DNA of 64,000 bases from Phycisphaerales bacterium (lineage in GTDB: Bacteria; Planctomycetota; Phycisphaerae; SM23-33): assembly GCA_018644725.1 (NCBI GenBank), contig JABGPZ010000069.1:148238-212237 (forward strand). The letters run 5' to 3'. A program made the translations under genes and the position numbers. Positions within the stretch are counted from its first letter, which is position 1. Every line of letters starts with the position of its first letter. A model generated the notes under the pieces. That model was not told where the DNA came from. It worked only from the letters and a program-made list of their open reading frames with translations, and made no database searches. Shown piece after piece: positions 49,607 to 59,607 of the stretch.

Positions 49607-51307
49607 ATGGACCAGCCCGCCGACAAACGAGTCTCACCCAAATCGATCTTGATGGGAGTTGGGATTTTGGCGGTGTTTGCCTGGTGCTATCATCGTACGT
49701 TTTATGAAATGTGGTTGCGTTGGTTCCCCGCATGGAAATATAGCCAGTGGTCTGTGTATGACCGCCTGTTTGAGGGGGAAGGGTACTACACCCACGGCCC
49801 GCTGGTGGTTCTGATTTCGGCGCTGATTGCCGTTATGCTGCTTCGCTTTACGAAGATCCGCACGCAGCCCTCGCCCAAATTCGGCGCGGTGGTGCTGATC
49901 GGGAGTGTGATGGTCCATTGGCTCGCGGCATTGGCGCAGGTGAATTTCCTCAGCGCGATGACCATTCCCTCGACGCTCGCGGGCGGCGTGTTGATCCTCT
50001 GGGGACGCGACGCGCTGAAGCGGTTGGCGTTTCCGCTTCTGTTTTTGTTCTTCATGGTCCCGATGCCGGAAGTGCTGATCGCGGGGCTGAATTTTGAGCT
50101 GAAAATGTTCACGGTCGATGGCTCGGTGAAGCTCTTTACATTCCTGGGCGGCATTGCCGAACGTCTCGACAATGAAGTCGTTCTTCTGGGCGACAAGACC
50201 CTGGTGGTCGCGAACGTTTGCAACGGTCTGCGCTCGCTGATCAGTCTGCTGGCGTTCGGGGTACTCTATGCCTACGTGTGCAAGGTGCGCGGTCTGTGGC
50301 GGTGGGTGTTGCTGTTTGCCTCGCTGCCCGTGGCCTTGGTGTGCAACGCGATCCGCATCATGAGCTTGATTCTCGTGGCCGACGTTGTCAGCGTTGAGGT
50401 CGCTTCAGGCTGGTACCACGACCTGTCGGGCGTGATGCTCTATCCGCTGGCGATTCTCATTCTCTTCTCGTTCGAGGCGTTCATCCTTTGGACGCACGCG
50501 CGCCTCAAGCATCCCATTGTGGTTCGGCCGCTCTTTGACGGCCTGCGGCGCACCGATGACGATCTCGGCCAGGCCCATGCGATGGTGCGTGGATTTGCCA
50601 CGCGCCGGGCGCTGGTGTTGCTGGTGTTGGTCGCGGGCGCAGCGGGGGGGACGAAGTGGCTGCATTCGACGGAAAAATCGTATGACCGCGACTCCGCACG
50701 CCTAAGCCAGCTCGTTACCAAGACCCTGACGATTGGGGGGGGAGAATGGGCCAGCGAAGATCTGGACCTCGACAAGAAAACCCTCGCCATTCTCCAGAAC
50801 CCTGACTATCTCCGTCGCCGCTATGCGTCCATGGGACGCGGGACGATGGAATTGATGATCCTCTATAGCCGCAACAACCGCAAGGGCAATCACCCGCCCG
50901 ATCTCTGCATCGAAGGCAGCGGTCAGGAAGTCTTCAAGAAGCAGTCCGTCGAGGTCCGCACGAACGGAGGCCAGAGTGTGTGGTGTCAGGAACTCCAGGC
51001 CAAGGAGAGTCCCAAGCATCGCCGCGTCGGCGAACCGCGCAAGCGATTTGTTCACCTGTACACCTACCGCGCAGGCGAGATCTACACCAACAGCTTCTGG
51101 CGACAGCAGTGGACGATTTTCCTCAACTCGCTCCTTGGCCGAGACAGCCGGGGAATGTTGGTCTATGTCGTTGTCCCCCTGAGTGACCGACCCGAGGCGT
51201 CTCGCGCTCAAAGCCAGCAGCTCCTCGCGGCGGTGTTGGATGAATTGGAACACAATCTCCCACGTCTGGACGTGGAAGCTGGAAGGAAGAACCCCGATGA
51301 AAAGTAG
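49607..51307 (+). CDS. Exosortase (XrtA/EpsH family) fused to a C-terminal EpsI-like domain
   Basis: 8-TM N-terminal domain with conserved exosortase blocks (NGLRSLISLLAFG..., CNAIRIMSLIL; active-site Cys, Arg and Asn candidates). C-terminal ~200 aa resembles the exosortase-associated EpsI (DUF3485) family. Confidence 0.75.
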   Translation: MDQPADKRVSPKSILMGVGILAVFAWCYHRTFYEMWLRWFPAWKYSQWSVYDRLFEGEGYYTHGPLVVLISALIAVMLLRFTKIRTQPSPKFGAVVLIGSVMVHWLAALAQVNFLSAMTIPSTLAGGVLILWGRDALKRLAFPLLFLFFMVPMPEVLIAGLNFELKMFTVDGSVKLFTFLGGIAERLDNEVVLLGDKTLVVANVCNGLRSLISLLAFGVLYAYVCKVRGLWRWVLLFASLPVALVCNAIRIMSLILVADVVSVEVASGWYHDLSGVMLYPLAILILFSFEAFILWTHARLKHPIVVRPLFDGLRRTDDDLGQAHAMVRGFATRRALVLLVLVAGAAGGTKWLHSTEKSYDRDSARLSQLVTKTLTIGGGEWASEDLDLDKKTLAILQNPDYLRRRYASMGRGTMELMILYSRNNRKGNHPPDLCIEGSGQEVFKKQSVEVRTNGGQSVWCQELQAKESPKHRRVGEPRKRFVHLYTYRAGEIYTNSFWRQQWTIFLNSLLGRDSRGMLVYVVVPLSDRPEASRAQSQQLLAAVLDELEHNLPRLDVEAGRKNPDEK

Positions 51308-54300
51308 AACAGCCCTGATTCTTGTTTTGGCGGTACTCCTCGTGGCGGGGTCGGTGGTGGGCTATCTCTGGCACCGGCGCAACCAGGGGGAATATCTCCG
51401 TGGGCGCGCGCAGTTGAAAATGCGTACAGGCAGACGCGACGAAGCACAACTTCTGATCAAAAAATACATCGGGAAATATCCCGACCTCTGGCAGGGCTAT
51501 TACACCCAGGGCAACATTTTCGCGCGCTTTGGGGAATATGACAGTGCGCGCAAAAGTTTCGACATTTCGCTTTCCAAGGCTCCCAAGGACAAGCATCAAA
51601 TCATTCAGGTTTCCTTGGCGCGGACCTATTCCATGCCGGCGGTGCAGACGCTCAATTCCACGCGGTACAAGATGGAAATTGCCGCGATGGACCAAGGCAT
51701 TTCATTGCTGGAGCGTTCGAACGAAATTCTCGAAGGGGCCCTGGACCCGGCCACAGCAGACCGCGCCAAGGACCAGGAATTGCTTTCTCTTCTCGCGCAA
51801 AATTACAAACGCATCGGGGCCTACCACGCCATGCGCGCCGCGCGCTATCAGATGAAGCTGGTGGTCTCTAAGTCTGCCGAAGACCTCTTGCGGATTGCGA
51901 CCAATCGTGCCGCCAACAAGGCCAGTCAGGCCGCCTCCGTCACTGCCAATACCAAGGCGCTCGACCTGTTCATGCGTCTTCTGGCCATCGCCCCTGATTC
52001 CAGCAAACAGGCCATTGCGGCCGTTGAACTGGCCGTCCTTCAGCGTAGCGAAACCAAGCTCAATGCGCTCGCCAAACAGATCGAAGCGATTCCCGGCCTC
52101 CCCGAGGCCAAGTCGCAACTCTGGATGTATCAACTCTCGCGCATGTCGTCCAGGCTTTCTCGAAAAGAACGCGATGTGTTTTTCAAGCAGGTCGAATCCA
52201 AACTCCAGACTCTGCACAAGACCTATCCCGATTCGACGCAAGTTCTGGTCGCCCTTTCGCAGCTTGCGATTCAGGATCACCGCCATGACCGAGCCCAGGA
52301 AATTCTCACGGCCGCGATCGGGGCCGCCGAAGCCCGTCACGCCACGCCGGATCGCGAAATCATGCGGACCTATGCGTCGCTGTTGCGCGCTCAGGGAAAC
52401 TACAAACAAGCGTACAACGTTCTTTCGGATCTGCGCGACCGCTATCCTCGCTGGGCCGACGTCCAGTGCAGCTATGCCCTGGTGGCGGAGAAATGTGGCA
52501 AGGAGGGGATCGCGCGCAGTGCGATGCGACTGACGACCGAACTGATGCCCTATCATGCCCGCGCACGTCAATACATGGCCGAGATGCTTTCGCGCCAGGG
52601 CTTTCATGATCGCGCACTGGATGAGGCAAAATTGATGTATGAAGGGCATCCTTCTTCGCCCGATGCCGTGACGTTGGTTGTGACGATGGCGATTCGCGCA
52701 GAAAAAATTGCGGCGGCCGAAACGGTCCTCACCCAGGCGATGGCACTGCATGCGGATCGGCCAAACTTGATGCTGGCGGTGTCGCGTTGCTATCGTCAGA
52801 TCGGCCAGGAGGGCATGGCGCGCAAGGCTGCGGGCATGGTACGAACGAACACCGTGGCAGGGGACTATGCCGAAGAGATTCTCGCGATTCGTGCGTTGCT
52901 CGGCGAGAAACGCTTTCTGCAAGCAGACTCCAAAATTCAGGCACTGCTCCAAACGTACCCCGATGATGAACAACTCCAGTTGCTCCAGGCCACGCTTCTT
53001 GCACAACGAGGGCGGACGTTTTTGGCGATCCCGATCTATCAGGACCTCGTTACCCACGGTAGCGATCCACAGAAATATCGTCAGCTTCTGGCCGCAGCAG
53101 CGTTCGACATCGGCCAGTTTTCTCGGGCGCGAAGCGTTGCGGAACAAGTGATTCAGGACGATCCTACGAACATTCCCATGGCGATGTTGCTACAGCAGAT
53201 TTCTGTCATTGAGGGCAAGGCGTCCGGTCCCCAGCCGGTCCCGATCAAGCCCGTGCAAATGGTCGTGCGATTGCTCCAGGCCGGCAAGACCACCGAGGCG
53301 CTGGAGTTTTGCAGACGCAGTGCGCCCGACGCCAAAGACCCGACGGTCTGGGCCTTGTTTGCTGAGGCGCAAAAGGCAGTGGGCGACCTTCAGGGTGCGT
53401 CTCTATCCTATGCCAAGGCCATCACGCTCCGCCCGCAGCGGCTGAGCTATTATCAGGAATTCCTGCGTGTGCGGATGCTGTATCAGCCGCTCAAAAGTGC
53501 CGTGTTGGAGTTTGTGCGTGTCCCCAATGCGGATACCGCGCTGGTTCACATTGCCCACGCCCATGCTCTTACACAGCGCGGAGATCTGACGGGTGCCCTT
53601 CGCGAGTATCGCTTTGTGCAGGCCAACAAACGCGCCCGGGCCGACGCGAAACTTCTCGCGCGGTATTATAACGCGGATTTGCTGTTGCGTGCCAATCAAC
53701 CCCAAGCCGCCCTCGCGCTCCTTACGGATGTCAAAGATGCTGGTGCGCTCGCTCAGCGTATGGAGTTGCTTCGTGTTGCGGTGTTGCTCCGGCTCGAAAA
53801 ACTTCCCGAGGCCTACAAAGCCCTCGATGCGTTCGCGGTGCGGATGCTTCAGGAACGCGACGCTCATCAAGTTGTGCAGATCGTGGGGCTGTGGCTGAAA
53901 ATCAATCAGTTTGAAAAAGCGCTGACACTTGCCCGACAGCTCGGCGAGATCGTCCCCCGGGCCGTCGAACCGTTGATTCTCCAAGGCGAAGCCCTCGCGC
54001 GGATGGGAAAACCGCTCGAAGCGGAGGCTGCACTTGTGGCGGCCAGGCAACTCCAACCGTCCAACCAAGCCGTCCACATCGCACTCGCCCAAAGCCAAGC
54101 CCGCCGTCAGAAGTGGGACACGGCGCTTGCGACATTGAAAGCATTTGAGGCCACCGGAGAGACCGGCTCGCTTTTGGGGCAGCTCGAACGGGCGAATCTC
54201 TATTCTCGGTGGGGACTCGCGCGCGAGGCCACCGACGTGATCGAGACGCTCCTGACGACCAAGCAATCCCTGCCCCCGCAGGCCTACTATTTCTGTGCGC

Positions 54301-55808
54301 GGGCCTATCTCGCCCTCGGCGATCCTGCCCGTGCCCGCAAGGCGGTCGAGGCGATCAGCTCGGTCAGTCCGTACTATGTTCAAGGGTGGTTGCTGCTTGC
54401 TGCGGCAAATCAGGATCGCAACGCTCGTATCGCGATCTATCGTGAAATTCTCAAACATCGCCCCAGCGACGTCACAGCCGTTGGCGGTGAGATGATGGCG
54501 CTGATTTCCCTGAAGCAGTTCGCTCAGGCCTCGGAGCGGTTCGATGCATTCGTCCACACCTATCGCTCGGAAGGGCGCTGGCCGATGAATCTGGGGTCGT
54601 TGGCCTTGGCCGCCGCAATGGAAAATCGATTCCACAATGCCACCCCCAAGGCGATTGCGCTGGCAGAGACCATGAGCAAGGGCTATCCCCAAACTCACTG
54701 GCCGATGCGTCTGCTGCTGTTGCAGTATGTGGCCGGGAATGATGCGTGGATCGCGAGTCGTCTTGCCGTGCCGAAGGATGTCTACGAGGTCGTTCTGCGG
54801 ATGCTTTCGGAGTTGCGTGCCGGAAAGGGGAAAGTCCCTTCGACCCTGCGGCTAGGCTGGGAAGAACTTGCAGAAAAATTGCCCAAGGAATTTGGCCCCT
54901 ATCTCGTCGAACCGATGAGGGCACTGCTGAATCCCGCCGGCGCAAGCATTCCCCAGGGGGATGCTCGAGCGATGCTCGAATCCATATTGGCCGCTCGCTC
55001 GAAAATGCCCGGGATGGTCGAGATTCTCCGTGAGCGCTGGCTTGCGTCGCCGACGTCGCCGCAACTGGCAGAAATGCTCTGGAAACTCTCCCCGACGACC
55101 GAAACGCTCGCCGCGATCATCAAGTCCTATCCCGACCGGACCAGTGGGTTTTATCGCCGTCTTGCGGCCGAATCTGCCCTCCGTCGCGCCCACATCACCG
55201 GAGCCCCGCGGGACTATGCCAAGGCGATTACGCTCTTCGAAGCCCTCTCCAAAGAAGCGGGCGGCAAAGCGGTTTCGCTCGAGCTGATCTGCGCACGGAC
55301 CTATGAACAGGCGGGTCAGCTCGCCAAGGCAGAAACGCGCTATCGTGCCATCTACGCCCGCACGAAGGCAGCGGCGGTGGGGAACAATCTGGCCTTTCTG
55401 CTTGTGACCAAACCCAACCCGTCCTTCGCAGAATTGCGCGAGGCCGAGCTGCTCTCCAAGGCATCGTTCGCAGCGTCGCCCGGTGACCCGGCCGTGCAGG
55501 ATACGCGCGGATGGGTCTTGCTGAGTCAGGGCAAAACCTTCCCGGCGCTTGCGCTGTTGCGCCATGCGGCGCTCGGCCTTTCCCAAAGCGTTCAGATGCA
55601 ATGTCACCTTGGCGCGGCGTCCGAGGCGACGGGAAAACGCGATTGGGCCCGTCGGCACTATCAGGCCGCCATCGACCTCGGCCGAGAACTACAGACCAAA
55701 GTCGACAAGGCCCGCAAAGAGGGGACCCTCCTCGGTTGGGATGTTGACCCGGCCGACCTCGCCGCCATCCAAACCGCCCATGCCAAACTCAAGGCACTCG
55801 ACAAATGA
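51297..55808 (+). CDS. Giant TPR-repeat protein (~1500 aa), PrsT-like (PEP-CTERM-system TPR protein), N-terminal TM anchor
   Basis: Start overlaps the exosortase stop. N-terminal TM helix. TPR-like repeats throughout. Position immediately downstream of the exosortase, as for PrsT in known PEP-CTERM loci. Confidence 0.7.
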   Translation: MKSRTALILVLAVLLVAGSVVGYLWHRRNQGEYLRGRAQLKMRTGRRDEAQLLIKKYIGKYPDLWQGYYTQGNIFARFGEYDSARKSFDISLSKAPKDKHQIIQVSLARTYSMPAVQTLNSTRYKMEIAAMDQGISLLERSNEILEGALDPATADRAKDQELLSLLAQNYKRIGAYHAMRAARYQMKLVVSKSAEDLLRIATNRAANKASQAASVTANTKALDLFMRLLAIAPDSSKQAIAAVELAVLQRSETKLNALAKQIEAIPGLPEAKSQLWMYQLSRMSSRLSRKERDVFFKQVESKLQTLHKTYPDSTQVLVALSQLAIQDHRHDRAQEILTAAIGAAEARHATPDREIMRTYASLLRAQGNYKQAYNVLSDLRDRYPRWADVQCSYALVAEKCGKEGIARSAMRLTTELMPYHARARQYMAEMLSRQGFHDRALDEAKLMYEGHPSSPDAVTLVVTMAIRAEKIAAAETVLTQAMALHADRPNLMLAVSRCYRQIGQEGMARKAAGMVRTNTVAGDYAEEILAIRALLGEKRFLQADSKIQALLQTYPDDEQLQLLQATLLAQRGRTFLAIPIYQDLVTHGSDPQKYRQLLAAAAFDIGQFSRARSVAEQVIQDDPTNIPMAMLLQQISVIEGKASGPQPVPIKPVQMVVRLLQAGKTTEALEFCRRSAPDAKDPTVWALFAEAQKAVGDLQGASLSYAKAITLRPQRLSYYQEFLRVRMLYQPLKSAVLEFVRVPNADTALVHIAHAHALTQRGDLTGALREYRFVQANKRARADAKLLARYYNADLLLRANQPQAALALLTDVKDAGALAQRMELLRVAVLLRLEKLPEAYKALDAFAVRMLQERDAHQVVQIVGLWLKINQFEKALTLARQLGEIVPRAVEPLILQGEALARMGKPLEAEAALVAARQLQPSNQAVHIALAQSQARRQKWDTALATLKAFEATGETGSLLGQLERANLYSRWGLAREATDVIETLLTTKQSLPPQAYYFCARAYLALGDPARARKAVEAISSVSPYYVQGWLLLAAANQDRNARIAIYREILKHRPSDVTAVGGEMMALISLKQFAQASERFDAFVHTYRSEGRWPMNLGSLALAAAMENRFHNATPKAIALAETMSKGYPQTHWPMRLLLLQYVAGNDAWIASRLAVPKDVYEVVLRMLSELRAGKGKVPSTLRLGWEELAEKLPKEFGPYLVEPMRALLNPAGASIPQGDARAMLESILAARSKMPGMVEILRERWLASPTSPQLAEMLWKLSPTTETLAAIIKSYPDRTSGFYRRLAAESALRRAHITGAPRDYAKAITLFEALSKEAGGKAVSLELICARTYEQAGQLAKAETRYRAIYARTKAAAVGNNLAFLLVTKPNPSFAELREAELLSKASFAASPGDPAVQDTRGWVLLSQGKTFPALALLRHAALGLSQSVQMQCHLGAASEATGKRDWARRHYQAAIDLGRELQTKVDKARKEGTLLGWDVDPADLAAIQTAHAKLKALDK

Positions 55809-55860
55809 CCACCCACATGCTCACATTTGACGTGGAAGAATTTTCAAGGAGCCAACTCGC

Positions 55861-56727
55861 GTGACCACCCACATGCTCACATTTGACGTGGAGGAATTCT
55901 ATCAGGTCGAAGCGGCCCGTCGTGCCGGGGTTTCGCCCCAGATGTGGGCCGTGTACGATTCTCGACTCGATGTGGGTCTGGATTCGATTTGCGAATTGTT
56001 GGATGCAGCCGACGTGCGTGCGACGTTTTTTATTCTCGGCGAGGTCGCCCGTCGTCGCGGCGATTGGGTAAAGCGCCTGGCTGCGGCGGGGCACGAAATC
56101 GCCTCTCACGGCATGACGCACACGATGCTCACACAGCTTTCACCCGAGGCGGCTGCGGCCGAGTTGCGCGATTCCAAAGCGCTGCTCGAAGAGTTGTCCG
56201 GTGAGGCGGTTTTGGGATTCCGCGCGCCGACATTCTCGATCAATCACACCAACGCATGGGCCATCGACGCGCTCGCGGACGCGGGCTATGCGTATGACTC
56301 GTCGATCTTTCCTGTCCGCCACGACCGATACGGCGTGCCCGACGCGCCGCGCGGTGCGTTTCGCTGTGTGGGGCCCGAGGGTGGTGCGGTGCTGGAGATT
56401 CCGCCGCTGACCAGACGGGTTTGTGGCATGACGATGCCGATGGGCGGCGGGGGCTATTTTCGCCTCGTGCCGCTGTGGTGGTTTGCCTCGGCGATCAAGG
56501 CCGCCGCGCGCAGGAACGATCCCGCGATGCTCTATTTCCACCCGTGGGAATTTGATGCTGACCAGCCCGAGTTACCCGGCCTGAGCGGCCTGCGGCGTTG
56601 GCGTCATCGTGTGGGGCTCGCGAAGAACGCGAAGAAACTCCTCAAACTCCTTACGAAATTTTCATTCGGCCCGGTCCGCGATCAGCTCGATGGGTTGAAG
56701 CAGACTGACGTCGATTTTACGTTGTAA
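55861..56727 (+). CDS. Polysaccharide deacetylase (carbohydrate esterase 4), PEP-CTERM-locus subfamily
   Basis: N-terminus LTFDVEEFYQVEAA matches the DVEDYFQV start of XrtA-associated deacetylases. Also HEIASHGMTH and RAPTFS. GTG start overlapping an upstream mini-ORF stop. Confidence 0.75.
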   Translation: MTTHMLTFDVEEFYQVEAARRAGVSPQMWAVYDSRLDVGLDSICELLDAADVRATFFILGEVARRRGDWVKRLAAAGHEIASHGMTHTMLTQLSPEAAAAELRDSKALLEELSGEAVLGFRAPTFSINHTNAWAIDALADAGYAYDSSIFPVRHDRYGVPDAPRGAFRCVGPEGGAVLEIPPLTRRVCGMTMPMGGGGYFRLVPLWWFASAIKAAARRNDPAMLYFHPWEFDADQPELPGLSGLRRWRHRVGLAKNAKKLLKLLTKFSFGPVRDQLDGLKQTDVDFTL

Positions 56728-56765
56728 CGCACCTGTTCCAAAGATTTCCGGCAGATGTGTTGCCG

Positions 56766-57905
56766 TTACAGATCTTCGCCTTGGACGATGGCTTCGGTGA
56801 AGCGGCCGACGATGCGGTCGTTGGCGAACAGAAGCGGCAGTAACATGCCGATGGACGTATTGGGCGGGCGGAGATAGTCCACGAGGGCTTCGCGCCAGGT
56901 GGAGTGGAATTCGGCGAGGGTGTCTTGGGGGGTGGCGGCGGTGATGGCTTCCATGGAGACCTGCGCGGCGATCAGGGCCGAGGCGATGGTCGGATAGATA
57001 GTTTGGCCAGTGACGCTGTCGGCGAATCCCCCGGCCGAGCCAACCAGCAGGGTCCGCTTGGCGTCGTGGGTTTCCTGTTCGAGCGCCATGCCCGCCGGCG
57101 GAGACCATGCAGCCGCCTTGGCGCGATCGAGCTTGAGGGTCTCGGGAAGGATTTTATGAAGTTGGAGGCGGTTGAGCAGCGCGCCGAGTTCGGTGGTGCG
57201 CAGGCCCGAGGCCATCGACGTGCTGATCACGCGGATGTGGAGCGTCGCCCCGAGCAGAAATGCCACGCCGAGTTCGCTGCGTTCGTCGAGTTCGAAAATG
57301 TGCAGGTCGCCTTTGAGCGATTTTTTGAGGAATTCTTTTTGCTTGGGGCTCAGGGGGACATCCAGCGCGACGGCGGACATTGTCTGCGGTGGGCAGCTGG
57401 CCTGTGAGGTGCGTCCGAGCGCGCCGAGAATTTCGTTGGGATGGCCTTGGGCGGCGAGGAGGAATCGTGCGCTGTAGGTCTTGCCGGCAGTGAGAAGGTG
57501 GACCCGGTCTTCGCCGAGTTCAAATTCGAGCTGCTCGGCCGAGTTGCGCTTGGTCACGCCCGCTTTGGTCGCGAGTTTGCTGAGCTGCTTGGTCAGTGCG
57601 CCTGCGGGCAGAAGATAGCCCAGAGGGCGCCTGGAGGAGTGGTCGGCGGTGTGGTCGAGTCGCGAGGAGTGGAACTGGACCGAGCGGAAGGGCGCGGCCT
57701 TGGTGGTCTTGATGAGTCCCTTGTCGATGCCGTCGAGGTCGAACAGCGCGGCCGGGCACCAATCGCACAACGGGCACTCCATGGCCGAAGGCGCGGGCGT
57801 ATTGAGCAGCAAAACGCTGTGGCGGGCCTTGGCGAGAGTGATCGCCGCCGCCAGCCCTGCGGGCGTTGCGCCCCAGATCGCCATGTCATATACTTTGCGT
57901 GCCAT
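56766..57905 (-). CDS. FAD-dependent oxidoreductase (geranylgeranyl-reductase-like)
   Basis: N-terminal FAD-binding GxGxxG (YDMAIWGATPAGLAAAITLAKARHSVLLL). ~380 aa. Confidence 0.6.
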   Translation of the reverse strand: MARKVYDMAIWGATPAGLAAAITLAKARHSVLLLNTPAPSAMECPLCDWCPAALFDLDGIDKGLIKTTKAAPFRSVQFHSSRLDHTADHSSRRPLGYLLPAGALTKQLSKLATKAGVTKRNSAEQLEFELGEDRVHLLTAGKTYSARFLLAAQGHPNEILGALGRTSQASCPPQTMSAVALDVPLSPKQKEFLKKSLKGDLHIFELDERSELGVAFLLGATLHIRVISTSMASGLRTTELGALLNRLQLHKILPETLKLDRAKAAAWSPPAGMALEQETHDAKRTLLVGSAGGFADSVTGQTIYPTIASALIAAQVSMEAITAATPQDTLAEFHSTWREALVDYLRPPNTSIGMLLPLLFANDRIVGRFTEAIVQGEDL

Positions 57906-57966
57906 GGCATCCACCGTACTCAACGGGGGTTACGATAGCAAGGAGAAAATGGTGAAACCGAGGGCG

Positions 57967-58689
57967 TTATTTTTCGCGGCGGATGGCGAGAGTGAAATCG
58001 TTGTGGAGGTAGTCGTCGCGGATGTCGATGGTGGCCTCGGGGAAGAGGTTCCGCGCGAGTTTGTGGACGATGTGGACGGAGTAGTTGAAGTAGGTCGGGT
58101 CGGAGCAGTAGCCCTTGTTGGCGAGGAAATTCACGACCAGCGTCTCGGAAGCGAGTTCGTACATCGCGCGGAGGCTGCGCGGGAGAAATTCCATGTTGTT
58201 GCCGAGATTGAGGTTCAGTGTCCCGCTGCAAAATACTACGTCGAAGGGCTGGTCACTCTTCCGGCCGAGCGCGACGAGGACTTCCTCGGACGGGCCGGAA
58301 AACACATCGACGCACGCGAAGGTGCGGCTGGGGTGCAACTCGGCGGCGCGCTGTAGCATTTCCTCAACGATGTCCGCGCCACAATAGTCGACGTGAATTT
58401 GTTTGCGTAGCAGGAACGTGCACAGATCGCCCAGACCGCAGCCGACGTCGAGCAGCGATTTGTCCTGAAGGTCGACGCTGTGGGTCAGCACGTCGAAGCG
58501 GGTCTCTTGCGTCTCGGCCGCCGCCCAGTCGAGAATGTCGTGGTTGGCGCGCCCGGGAACGATGCGCGGGCGATAGTGACGGCGGATTTTGTCGGCGGGA
58601 TTCATGCCCCCATTGTACCGCGAACCTTCGCACAAGTCGACCCCGTCGCGCTTTACATTCGCACGCGGGGGTTCTATAATCGCATTCAC
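57967..58689 (-). CDS. Class I SAM-dependent methyltransferase
   Basis: SAM-binding motif I LLDVGCGLGDL and post-I VVFCSG. Alternative ATG start at 58605; the GTG at 58689 gives the full ORF. Confidence 0.6.
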   Translation of the reverse strand: MNAIIEPPRANVKRDGVDLCEGSRYNGGMNPADKIRRHYRPRIVPGRANHDILDWAAAETQETRFDVLTHSVDLQDKSLLDVGCGLGDLCTFLLRKQIHVDYCGADIVEEMLQRAAELHPSRTFACVDVFSGPSEEVLVALGRKSDQPFDVVFCSGTLNLNLGNNMEFLPRSLRAMYELASETLVVNFLANKGYCSDPTYFNYSVHIVHKLARNLFPEATIDIRDDYLHNDFTLAIRREK

Positions 58690-58706
58690 ACTAGCAAGGA
58701 GAACTC

Positions 58707-59477
58707 ATGGCGTTTGGCACGATGCAATTTTATTCCAAGCAGCTTCAAACAATGTGCAGCATGAACGTGATCACCCCGCGCACCGGCGACGGGCCGTTCC
58801 CTGTGCTGTATCTGCTGCATGGCCTCAGCGACAATCACACCGCATGGAGTCGCTATACGACTCTGGAGATGCAGCTGGCGGAGATGCCGATGATCGTCGT
58901 CATGCCCGATGGCGGCCGCGGCTGGTATCTCGACGATCCGCGCCCGGGTGGCCTGGCGTGGGAGCAGTATATGATCGAGGACGTGGTCTGCTTTGTCGAT
59001 ACGACGTTCCGCACCATCCGCAGCCGCGAGGGCAGGGCAATCGCCGGACTGTCGATGGGCGGCCATGGCGCGCTGGGCTTGGCGATGAAGCACCCGGAGA
59101 TCTATTCCATGGCGTCGACTCATTCCGGCGCGGTCTTTTTCGGCCATCATCCCCGGCCGTCGAGCGAACTGCACGACATCAATGCCGTCAACGCCTTTGC
59201 CGACGCGATTAACGCGAGTGAAACCGGCGATCTGTGGTCGATTTCCGAGCGGTATCTTTCGCAGAAGGCGGCCGAGTTGCCGTTGTCGATCCGCATGGAT
59301 TGCGGCACGGAGGACGAGCTGATTGACGACAATCGTGAGTTCCACGCGCACCTCGACGCGGTCGGCCTCGCCCATGACTATGCCGAATACAGCGGCGGCC
59401 ATCGCTGGGACTATTGGAATAAACATGTCTACAAAACCCTGCGCTTCGTCCGCGATGGATTGACGAGCGGCGCGTAA
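58707..59477 (+). CDS. Esterase (esterase D / putative-esterase family, alpha/beta hydrolase)
   Basis: FPVLYLLHGLSDNHTAWS...GLSMGGHGAL (nucleophile elbow GLSMGG). Confidence 0.75.
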   Translation: MAFGTMQFYSKQLQTMCSMNVITPRTGDGPFPVLYLLHGLSDNHTAWSRYTTLEMQLAEMPMIVVMPDGGRGWYLDDPRPGGLAWEQYMIEDVVCFVDTTFRTIRSREGRAIAGLSMGGHGALGLAMKHPEIYSMASTHSGAVFFGHHPRPSSELHDINAVNAFADAINASETGDLWSISERYLSQKAAELPLSIRMDCGTEDELIDDNREFHAHLDAVGLAHDYAEYSGGHRWDYWNKHVYKTLRFVRDGLTSGA

Positions 59478-59535
59478 TTGTATGATGGGCGAACTATTTT
59501 TCGCACCCACGAAAAAGACACAAAAACAGTGTCCA

Positions 59536-59578
59536 TAGAAAAACACCCACGGGGTTGAATCCGTGGGTGTTTTTGAAT
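59536..59578. terminator. Bidirectional rho-independent terminator between the convergent esterase and acyl-CoA dehydrogenase genes
   Basis: ACACCCACGGGGTTGAATCCGTGGGTGT hairpin flanked by A-rich and T-rich runs. Confidence 0.75.
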
Positions 59579-59607
59579 TGTCTTTTGACTTCGGTCTGTC
59601 CGTCGAA

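Noticed and set aside
51702-55658. Three long - strand ORFs (51702..53147, 53403..54698, 54852..55658)
   Set aside because: All antisense to the TPR gene. No motifs.
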